Positions 1 through 9,000 of a DNA stretch of 20,000 nucleotides are shown in pieces (position 1 is the stretch's first letter; every line of letters starts with the position of its first letter). The stretch comes from an uncultured virus (IMG/VR IMGVR_UViG_3300020050_007563) (taxonomy: Duplodnaviria > Heunggongvirae > Uroviricota > Caudoviricetes): the IMG/VR virus record IMGVR_UViG_3300020050_007563, one strand, 5' to 3'. The position numbers were made by a program, and so were the translations under genes. The notes under the pieces were generated by a model, which saw nothing but the letters and a program-made list of their open reading frames with translations, was not told where the DNA came from and made no database searches.

Positions 1-3000
1 GGCTTCTCTAACCCCTACAACGCTACCTATTACAAGAGCGCCCAGAGGGGCGAGCAATATGGGTATGGGGTCCAGGCATGGGATGGGGGCTTCGGGAAGT
101 ACCCCGTGCAGCCCATCGCGGGGTTACAGAGTTATCAGCATCCGAGCCAGCGCGACATCAAGGGCGAGAACGGAGCGTGGGCTGGGGCTACGGATCCTGA
201 CGGATGGGGCGAAGAGAGCGACACATACTCAGATGACCGCTGCTGGAACACGACCACTGACGTATCGAACCTGACCCCGGAGGGTCCGGTCGGTCGCACC
301 TTCTCCTCCTTCACACAAGGTCAGGGTACTAAGACCGACACGGAGAGTGTCGTGAACGTGGCGCTCGCCAACGGAAGCTCCCTCCCAGGAACCGGCGTTG
401 GCCGCATTGGCGAGCAGTTCAACTTGTACGGAGTCACGACGCCTTCCGGAGTCACGAACGTTCCGGGCGTCCTTGGGGCATTCTACCGACCCAACCAGAA
501 TGGATATCTCCCATGGACCCCGCAGGACAATCAAGGGGGCAGTGGCGGCTACAACATTCCTCCGGTCTCCTCCCGGATGACCACCTCCGCAGGTAGTGGA
601 GGGGATGATCCGTACAACAACGGCAATTTCTACACCAATGGATTCGCCGATCAGGTCAATCCCTTCAATCCACAGGACAATCGCGGAAAGGTCTTCGCGC
701 CTACCTATCACTCCCTCGGGCTCCTCTTGGGTGGCATCACGAACATCCCGTCTTCAGCAACAGCCATCACCATCACCCGTACTGCGCCAGCAGGCCGCGT
801 TATCGCCCAGGGGTTCGGCAGCTATGTCCTAAGCGCCTCCATAGACCCTAGCCTTGGCGGAACGACCATCCCGCTAGTACCGGCCAATAAGAGTACGACC
901 GCCTTGGATGTGTACTTCCCGGAGTTCGCAGCCGGGATCACTGATCAAGCTACGCTGATCGACATCCAGACCAATCCGCAGAACTACCGCCTTCAAATGC
1001 AATGCGGAGTCGGGTTCTACGACGAAACCTATGCCTACTCCGGAGAGGAGTTCTCCAATAACCTTCTTCCGCGCCCTTGGGTCGGAGACTGCGTAGCCGC
1101 TCATCTGATCGACACCATTAAGTATGGTCGTATCACGGAGGATCATGGCCAAGTGAATCAGGGCGAGTTCGGCATCGGAGGGATGGGGTATCAACCAACA
1201 TCAGGAGCCCCTCCGGGCAATTACGTGGGTTTCGACAAGTGGAGAAGCAACCTCACTATGCAAGGAGGTAGTGCCGCTGGGTATGATTACTCATTCTGGC
1301 AGCAGCAGCAGACTGGCAATGCGATGTTCGACATCACCTCCTTCGTGCCTGTCACGAGCGGTCGATCGAACTTCTACCGCCTCACGAGCAATCAATTCAT
1401 CTACTCCCCCGAGACCAATGATGTCTTCGAGGGAGGTACTCGATACACCTCCTTCTACGATACGGTGGTCCGAAACTTCCACCAGCCGTGGTTCATCGTG
1501 AATCTTATCCGGGTGAATGCCGAGGTGCCAGACGCCAACATCGCTCCGTATGTCAATACTGGAGCGACCTTCGCCACACGAACCACCATTGGGATCTACA
1601 ATGCCCCACTGACCTCCCCGGAGCAGAACTTCCGACTGGAGGATGAGTACGAATACTACAACAGCGTCGGGTATCTCGGCACGGATTACAGATATGCCTA
1701 CGTGAGGCTCTCAGGCATTGAGCGCCGATACCTCTGCGTGACCAATAACACTCTCATCAACGTTGCAGCCATCCTGGCCGACATCACCTCTCAGGGCTAT
1801 TGGGTGGCTCCGGATGGCGATCGCGTGTACGGCCTTTATGATGCCATCACTGATGCCGACAATATCGACTACCTCCGCTTCGGCGTGTATGGGACTATTC
1901 CTGAGTCCGGAAGTCGCGTTATAATCAAGTACCCAGAGGGGACGCCGATCCGAGTATGGGGCCATGATCGGACCATTGCTCCGGTAGTTCATTGCGTGCA
2001 GGACGCATCCATTGTTCGCGACGATGTTGTGAATGGGGTTGCTCCCGATGGTATTCAGTTGGGCGGCCTGCCGCTCCCTTATGCGGGCTTCGGAATGAAC
2101 CCCCGATACTTCATGCCGGAGAAGGAGTCGCAGACCGAGGAGCAGATCTTCATCAACTATTGCAGCTCGATCCGGCAGATGTGCATCATGTGGGATGCTG
2201 AGACGCTCGTATATCCGGATCTGTACGTGAACCTCAACAGCACGGATACGCAACTCAATAGCGCCTCGCAGACCTTCCCGCACGTCCACTACGTGTGTCG
2301 TCCAATGAACTTCGACGGCGGCCCACAAGATCAGCCTCCTACCGGGTTCTTCCCGCAGTATCAGACGGACTATCCACTGGAGTGGAACATCTTCACATAC
2401 GGCGGTACTCGATTCCAACCGGGCCTGAATCTGGACTACTGCAAGCAACAGCCCGTGGAGTTTTTCGGGTACCCGCAGGCGGGATTCGTGGACAATACGG
2501 ACTACTGCACCGGCTACATTGCCAGCGAGGAGTTTGACCCACTTCTGCAAGACAGTCCGGGACTCAGAACCTTCCTTTCCCAGAACCTCCGAGTGCTATC
2601 CGAGGAGACCGGAGAGATCAAAGTCGGAGCCACCTATCTAGGGCCTGCTGGCCAGAACACCGTGGTGTGGACCCAGAAGGGTGTTTGTCGGATCTTGACG
2701 AACAAGAACGTCTTGACCGGGGCTTCGGGGGAGCAGGTATCCACCCAAAGCATCTCGAACTACTGGGGTGAGGTCATGTTCCTGTCACGGGACATCGGAT
2801 GTCCGGACCAGTTCTGGCGCCTCTGGGTCAAGGCGTATGCAACCGCTGGCGACTCTTACGTGGACACCTTCTACTGGCCCAACCGGAAGGGCTGGTATCG
2901 TATGCGCGGCGATCAGATCGACGACATCAGCCGCAACAAGGTGCTGAAGAGGGTCCGCCCGATCCTGGAGGACCTCCCTGCTGGATATGCGCCACAGATG

Positions 3001-3585
3001 AGCGCCTTCTTCAACGTGAAGTATCAGGAGATGTGGGCCAGCATCAGCCCCTATACATCTGGAGGCGTCAGTCACGATCCTGTCCTGCTCGTCTACTCAC
3101 CTCAAAGCAATGAGTGGCTTGGAGAGTACAGTTATCGGTTCGATGGGTACGTCAATACCCCCGATGCTGTCCTGGGGATGCGAGATGCGTCTTCATGGGA
3201 ACTTGATACAGGTTACACGATCAGCGGCAGTATGCGAGAGGCGTGGGTCTACCTCCCGATCATCGGGGACCTCGGAAAGTGGAAGGAAATGGTGCGCTTC
3301 CGTATCGTGGGGGATAAGCCCGACGGGATGCAGCTCTTCAACAAGGATGGTGTGATGATCTCCGATCAGTCCGAGGCCATTCAAGAGGCGTTCGACCCTG
3401 GAACCGGATTCCTTTGGGTGAAGCTCTACGATAGCTACGAAGGGTGGTGGTGGGCTGTGATGGAATCGTATGATCCACTGCGTCCATTACCGCAGGATGT
3501 GCGTTTCTTTGTGAAGGTGCTCTACAATACCACTGGCGACAAGATGCTTGTGGCGCTCGAAAACGAATTGAAAAACATACGCTGA
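1..3585 (+). CDS. Tail stabilization/nozzle protein, crAss-like (P22 gp10-type); 5'-truncated by the window edge
   Basis: Frame 1 is open from base 1 (GFSNPYNATYYKSAQRGEQYGYGVQAWDG...), so the ORF-track start at 106 is not the true start. The NP..Y.K...RGE.Y..G...DG segment and the C-terminal 'RTFLSQNLRVLSEETGEIK...VVWTQKGVCRI' segment resemble crAss-like tail stabilization proteins. It is beta/Gly/Tyr-rich and lies directly upstream of ejection-type genes. Confidence 0.7.
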   Translation, partial: GFSNPYNATYYKSAQRGEQYGYGVQAWDGGFGKYPVQPIAGLQSYQHPSQRDIKGENGAWAGATDPDGWGEESDTYSDDRCWNTTTDVSNLTPEGPVGRTFSSFTQGQGTKTDTESVVNVALANGSSLPGTGVGRIGEQFNLYGVTTPSGVTNVPGVLGAFYRPNQNGYLPWTPQDNQGGSGGYNIPPVSSRMTTSAGSGGDDPYNNGNFYTNGFADQVNPFNPQDNRGKVFAPTYHSLGLLLGGITNIPSSATAITITRTAPAGRVIAQGFGSYVLSASIDPSLGGTTIPLVPANKSTTALDVYFPEFAAGITDQATLIDIQTNPQNYRLQMQCGVGFYDETYAYSGEEFSNNLLPRPWVGDCVAAHLIDTIKYGRITEDHGQVNQGEFGIGGMGYQPTSGAPPGNYVGFDKWRSNLTMQGGSAAGYDYSFWQQQQTGNAMFDITSFVPVTSGRSNFYRLTSNQFIYSPETNDVFEGGTRYTSFYDTVVRNFHQPWFIVNLIRVNAEVPDANIAPYVNTGATFATRTTIGIYNAPLTSPEQNFRLEDEYEYYNSVGYLGTDYRYAYVRLSGIERRYLCVTNNTLINVAAILADITSQGYWVAPDGDRVYGLYDAITDADNIDYLRFGVYGTIPESGSRVIIKYPEGTPIRVWGHDRTIAPVVHCVQDASIVRDDVVNGVAPDGIQLGGLPLPYAGFGMNPRYFMPEKESQTEEQIFINYCSSIRQMCIMWDAETLVYPDLYVNLNSTDTQLNSASQTFPHVHYVCRPMNFDGGPQDQPPTGFFPQYQTDYPLEWNIFTYGGTRFQPGLNLDYCKQQPVEFFGYPQAGFVDNTDYCTGYIASEEFDPLLQDSPGLRTFLSQNLRVLSEETGEIKVGATYLGPAGQNTVVWTQKGVCRILTNKNVLTGASGEQVSTQSISNYWGEVMFLSRDIGCPDQFWRLWVKAYATAGDSYVDTFYWPNRKGWYRMRGDQIDDISRNKVLKRVRPILEDLPAGYAPQMSAFFNVKYQEMWASISPYTSGGVSHDPVLLVYSPQSNEWLGEYSYRFDGYVNTPDAVLGMRDASSWELDTGYTISGSMREAWVYLPIIGDLGKWKEMVRFRIVGDKPDGMQLFNKDGVMISDQSEAIQEAFDPGTGFLWVKLYDSYEGWWWAVMESYDPLRPLPQDVRFFVKVLYNTTGDKMLVALENELKNIR

Positions 3586-4346
3586 TGGCTCTTGCAGATG
3601 TACTTGGTGCGGCCCTCCCGGCCCTAGGAGGTGTGGTTGGCGGAGCCCCAGGAGCCGCTGTTGGGGCATTCGCGGGCGGTCTCTTCCAACAAGGAGAGGC
3701 CAATCGTAAGATGAAGGAATGGAACCGGCTCGACCGGAGCATTCCCGAGAACGACCCGATGCAGCAAGCCCTCCTTGGGAAGATCCAGCGACAAGAGAAT
3801 CAGTATCGAGCCGCCACGGACCCGGCGAGCAGTCTTGCGAATCGACTCGCTCAACAAGCAGGAGCGCAGACGCAGGCCAATCTCTCGCGGGCGGGTGGTC
3901 CTGGGATCGTCCAGAACCTCCTCTCTAGTCAGAACGCCACCCAACGCAATCTCGCTCAGGTCGGAGCCAATGCAGCGCTTCGGGCGGACCAGATGCTCGG
4001 GATGGAGGGGCAACTCACGGGCCTCATGGCGGAGCGTCGCTATGATCGCCAGCGCTATCGTCGTGACCTTGCTTTGATGCAGGGACAGCAACGCCAGCAG
4101 GATGCGAACAACCAGATGATGAGCGCCATCCCGCTGTTGCCGCAGGTACAGATCGGACAACGATACCAGCGACCGGCGGGGATCCCGTCAGCACAGCCCG
4201 GAGGAGCTTATGGACCCGCTTGGCGCAATCAAGGAACTGGGCTTCCGGTCCCGCCATCTCCGAACTACGCTCCTCAATACGCCATGATCCCAGAGCCCAT
4301 GAGCGCCACCAGTACCTATGAGCCCGGCACACCAGTGAACCTATGA
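3585..4346 (+). CDS. Putative DNA ejection/pilot protein (P22 gp7-like position)
   Basis: Gly/Ala-rich hydrophobic N-terminus (LGAALPALGGVVGGAPGAAVGAFAGGLF) followed by Gln/Ala-rich helices; TGATG overlap with the upstream gene; typical podovirus gene order. Confidence 0.6.
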   Translation: MALADVLGAALPALGGVVGGAPGAAVGAFAGGLFQQGEANRKMKEWNRLDRSIPENDPMQQALLGKIQRQENQYRAATDPASSLANRLAQQAGAQTQANLSRAGGPGIVQNLLSSQNATQRNLAQVGANAALRADQMLGMEGQLTGLMAERRYDRQRYRRDLALMQGQQRQQDANNQMMSAIPLLPQVQIGQRYQRPAGIPSAQPGGAYGPAWRNQGTGLPVPPSPNYAPQYAMIPEPMSATSTYEPGTPVNL

Positions 4347-6004
4347 TCGGAGGACCATTCACACAACAAGCCGCAGGGGGTGACCTTGGTGAGTTGAGCG
4401 CCGAGGGGGTCGTTGCTGGGCAACAAGCAGCCTCTACGCCTATTCCGCTAGACCCTTCCTATCAGGCGCCGCCGGACACCTCGCGACCGCAGTATGCAGG
4501 AGGTGGTATTCGTGTGGTTCCGAGGGAGCTCAATCCGAACCGCGCCTATTCGGCACAGGAGTTCTATCCAGGACAGGAGCGCCCGAACGAATCGAGGGCT
4601 TCTGGAGGGGACCCGATCTTCGCCGCAAGTTCCGGACGCATTCCATGGGGCATCCTTGCCGACAGTGCCAATCAGGTCAAGCGGCAGCGTGCCGACTTGA
4701 TGAAGATGGTGCAGGGGAATGCCAATCAGTTCAAAGGAGTGGCGGCCCCTCCTTACGACATCGCCTACCAGAACTACGTCACTGACGAGTACAACAAATT
4801 CAAGCAGGCTCGCGCTGACGCGCTGCACGGCGGAGATCTGGATGCCGCCACTCGTGAACTCTACACGAACCCGCAGGCAAACGAGGAGTTCCAAGCATTC
4901 AATAGGAATCTGCTCGCCTACGGCAATGCGAACAAGTATCAGTTCGACCAAGTAGCCGACCTTCTGGAAAAGCAGCGCACCGGGGAGGAGTTTGTTTCTC
5001 CGGACACACTGGAGTATGCCCAGCGATTCATGGGAGGGAAGATGCCTTTCGATGACAAGGCCACACTTGGTGAGCGGGCCTACGATACCCAAGTCCTCGA
5101 CCGCAAGATCAGCCGGGACAAGCTCTGGAATACGGTCTACCTGCCGCGCCTGAAGCAAGAGATGGACACCCTTCAAGCCGAAGGCAAGGTCATCACCAAG
5201 GGCGGACGGCGTTTCCTTAGCGAGACGGAGACCCGCTCCCTTGATCGCATGAAGGAGCAGGTCGTCAAGGACATGGTTCACAAATACGGCCTCGATAGCG
5301 AGGATGAGGTCCGCCGTTTCGTTGATGCCAATACCCCTCGCTACGAAGTCACAGATCTGTCTCAACTTTCTCTGGGAAGTTCCGGTGGTTCCACTCCAAC
5401 AGAGAAGACATGGGCGGGCGGCGTGCAGTCCATTCCTAATAAGATCGCTCAGAACGACCCAACCACTGGTGTGAGGCGGGTCATTTCCGGACTGGAGCGT
5501 ATGCCGGTAGGGGCTGTGGTGGCGGGACGCCAAGTACCATTCAAGGACCCTGTGCAAGTATCGGATGGACGAGATACTCAGACCATGGTGGTCAGCTACA
5601 TAGACCGGAACAAAGATGGCGAGTTCGTCATCACTGGTTACGACCCGAACAATGTGTCAACGAGCGACAACTCGGATGAGATCAATGCAAGGATCGGAGA
5701 CCTTAATGCTGTGATACGGTCTAATAATACGCCTGCCGCCGATATCTCGAAGTACATAGCCAAGCGGGACTCCCTGACAGAACAACTGCGGACTTCGCAA
5801 AAGAGCAAACGCATGTTCTCAGTTCCGCTGCGAGACAACGAGCAGTTGATGAACGGCCTGCTCGGCGGAAATCTCCAGCGAGAACTGAATAAGTTCGGAG
5901 ACACGGCGAAGACCACACCGGAAGACTTCAGTGCCAAGTGGGCCAAACTACCCAAGGGTGGTAAACTTGTAGGCCCTGATGGTATTGAATACGAGAAGAA
6001 ATGA
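4343..6004 (+). CDS. Putative internal virion/ejection protein, 553 aa
   Basis: ATGA overlaps on both ends; helical composition; C-terminal 'WAKLPKGGKLVGPDGIEYEKK' resembles the LP.G.....PDG tail motif of phage ejection proteins. Confidence 0.55.
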   Translation: MIGGPFTQQAAGGDLGELSAEGVVAGQQAASTPIPLDPSYQAPPDTSRPQYAGGGIRVVPRELNPNRAYSAQEFYPGQERPNESRASGGDPIFAASSGRIPWGILADSANQVKRQRADLMKMVQGNANQFKGVAAPPYDIAYQNYVTDEYNKFKQARADALHGGDLDAATRELYTNPQANEEFQAFNRNLLAYGNANKYQFDQVADLLEKQRTGEEFVSPDTLEYAQRFMGGKMPFDDKATLGERAYDTQVLDRKISRDKLWNTVYLPRLKQEMDTLQAEGKVITKGGRRFLSETETRSLDRMKEQVVKDMVHKYGLDSEDEVRRFVDANTPRYEVTDLSQLSLGSSGGSTPTEKTWAGGVQSIPNKIAQNDPTTGVRRVISGLERMPVGAVVAGRQVPFKDPVQVSDGRDTQTMVVSYIDRNKDGEFVITGYDPNNVSTSDNSDEINARIGDLNAVIRSNNTPAADISKYIAKRDSLTEQLRTSQKSKRMFSVPLRDNEQLMNGLLGGNLQRELNKFGDTAKTTPEDFSAKWAKLPKGGKLVGPDGIEYEKK

Positions 6005-9000
6005 GCGACTGGACACCACCAAAGGACGCCCAGCCTATTGGATGGACGCCACCAAAGGACGCCGCTGCCGTCCCAAAGCCACAAGCCCAGACACCCCCGA
6101 ACACTCCGCAAGGAGCGGTGGCTGGGCCTACCACATTGGCTACGCCTGTGGTCGCATCACAAGGATTGTCCGAGGCGCCGCCTCCTCCATCCGCCGGGGC
6201 TTTCACGCCGGGTGCGCTCCAGACGAGCCTTGAGACCCAGATAGGGTCGAGTGCCCGCCCAAGGGGGCTCCTAACCTCCGAGCAGCGCCGACAGTACGCG
6301 GCGGAGATGAAGAAACTCCAGGCGTCCTTGCAGCAGCGATACACGACCGGATATGGGGAGTATGCAGAAACACGCTTCCGTCAAGACCCAGCCGTTGCGC
6401 AGAAAATGAGGACGCTCGAAGGGGCTCTCGTGCAAGATGCTGCGTTGGATCCCGAGGGAAGCCGTCGCGATGTGGAGATGCTCGAAGCGGAAGAGCGCGG
6501 CAAGAAAGAGATGAAGAACGCCTCTCTGATGGAAATGAGTCCAGAGGGGCGCGGTCGTCTGCGCGAGATCGCCGACAAGATGGATGCGCTCGATCCTCGT
6601 CGCGAGGAGACCTTCCTAATGAACCGAGACTACAAGCCACAAGGTCTCACAGAGCAAGACCCACGGATGGCGAAGCTCTATCAGGACTTTGAGCTTGCAG
6701 CGCATCCAGATCTGAACGACAAGAAGACCCGTTTCGACTCCAGAGAGATCACCGAGCGCCGTCTTGCTGGAGCCCTCGACCCGAAGGACGACATCGAACA
6801 CCAGATGGATGTGCTCCAGTTCGCGGGAAGGCGCCTGATGGGCCGCTACCTGCGGGCAAAGGATCTCATCGAACAGGGATCCGATGACCCCCAACTCCAA
6901 GTAGAGGTACAAGACATCGAGGAGGGCATGAAGTTCGTCCGCGACCGGGTTCGTCAGGAAGCTGAACGAGACCCTCGATCCTTCCAAGGCAAACTGAACG
7001 AACTCTCTCAGCGCATCTCTGAACAGGAGAACGAGATGAGTCGTGGCGATGTGAATGCGTGGCAAGAGAAGGCGCTACGCTCGGGTACGTTCGGCTTCAC
7101 CGACATGACCCGCAGCACCATCGCCGGGCTTGGGCGGCTCGTGGATCCCTCCGAGGGCTACTCCTTCAGCGACAAGCTCTCGGACTGGGCCGAGGAGATG
7201 TCGGGCGTCCAGGATGCTGCTCGCTCCAAAGAGGAGAAAGAGAGCCTCATGGGTAAGCTCGCTTATGGAGCCGGAGGAATGGCGGCCCTCATTGCCCCGA
7301 CCATCGCCACCGGAGGTAGTGCTGGCGCCACTCGCGCTGCCACAGTGGCGACATCCCTTGGCGCCGAGTACGAAGGCTATACTCGTCAGGCCATGGAAGG
7401 CGGAGCCACTGAGCAACAAGCCGAGCGCGGGGCGCTTGTGTATGCTCCGATCGCTGCTGCTATCGAACTCCTGAACCCCCAAGCGTATCTCGCGAACGGA
7501 GAAATGCGAGCACTCCGTCAGTCTGTCATTGAGGGCATTAAGGGAGGGGCTACCCCGAAGGGCGCCCTGAAGATGGCCCTCGAATCGGCTGAAGCGGGCA
7601 CGAAGGAAGCTATCGAAGAACTCTCCCAGACGCTCACAGAGCGGGCCACGAACGCCGGGGTGAACAAGCTCTCGGGGACTGACCTGAATGATGATGCTCC
7701 GACTGCCGCAGAGGCCGCAGAGACAGTTCTGGTAAGTGGCATTCTCGGGTCAGTATTCCACACTACATCCTTTATTGAGCCAACGCGGGCCGACCGAACG
7801 AAGTTCCAGGCGGAGTCCATGCAGTGGGCTGCTAAGAATCCAGAGAAGGCATTCGGCCTCATCAAAGGACAGATCCCGGAGGCCCAGCACAAGGTCGCTC
7901 AAGAGAGACTCGCGAACCTTGCGCGCACCTACAAGGGCAACGAGCTACTGGATATGGATCCAGTCAAGGCGGCGGAAGTTGCGGACATCGTGGAGCGAAA
8001 GAACGCCGTAGAGGAGGAGATCAAGTCGGCCCCCATGGATCCCGTGCTGGAGGCCGCGAATGGCGACCCCCGCAAGCGTGAAGCCGCCACCCTCACCACC
8101 GACATGATCGAGGCGCTTGGTATCCCGGCCAACAAGGCCAAAGCAGCCCTTGCATCCTCCGGCCTAGAACAGATGCCCGAAGGCACCAAGGCCATCACGA
8201 ATCCCGATGGCTCAGTGACCTTGGAGAAGAAGCCAGAAGCCGGAGAGAAAAAGAAAACCAAGGCCGTCGAGTCAGTCATGACCGAAACGGCCACCGAAGA
8301 AACACCAGCGCCAAATGAAGAACCAAGTTCAAAAGGGACGATTCGAGCCGATATTCGACAAATGCAACCCGCACAGGATATCGGGGGCGCTATTCGTTCC
8401 GGGGAAGGGGGAGGTGCTGGTGCGCCTAGTGAGGCGCAACCCGCCATTCAAGGACAAGTACAGCAACAACAAGCCATAGATGAAGGAGCAACAGCAATTA
8501 CAGAAACCCCAGCAGAAGCGACCACGGATCCAGGTGCAGCGCCCAGTCTTCCGCTGGACACTCCTGCCCCCGCAGGGCCAGCAATCGAGGCGGAGCCTGT
8601 TGTAAAAAGTGATGCGGATTTACAACCAAAACAGGCAGCCGATGGTGAGGTTATTCCGCAAGGCCATCCTGATGTACCGCAGGACGTACAACAGGATGCG
8701 CCAGTAGATCCGCAGCAGGTCAAGAAGACCGTCGCGACCAAGCGAGCCTACGAGGGAGAGTTCCGCGAAGGGGTCAAGCGTGAACTAGAGGCTCGCGGGC
8801 TGTATAGAAGTGTGGAGAGTTTCGAGGAGGCAGCCCAGAACGCCGCATCCCTGATCGAGTCAATAGGACTTGAGGCTGCTCTTGAGGCCGTTCGCAATAA
8901 CGACGTGAAGGGAGGCGCTGCCGCATACATCTACCGCAGTGCTCTAGAGGATCTGGATCGCCGGATATTAGCCTCCACAAACCCACAGGAGATACAGATC

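Noticed and set aside
4448..5557. 369-aa ORF on the - strand (and similar long antisense ORFs at 1711-2550, 10195-10938, 11194-11904)
   Set aside because: Antisense shadows of GC3-biased genes; unnatural composition and no motifs.
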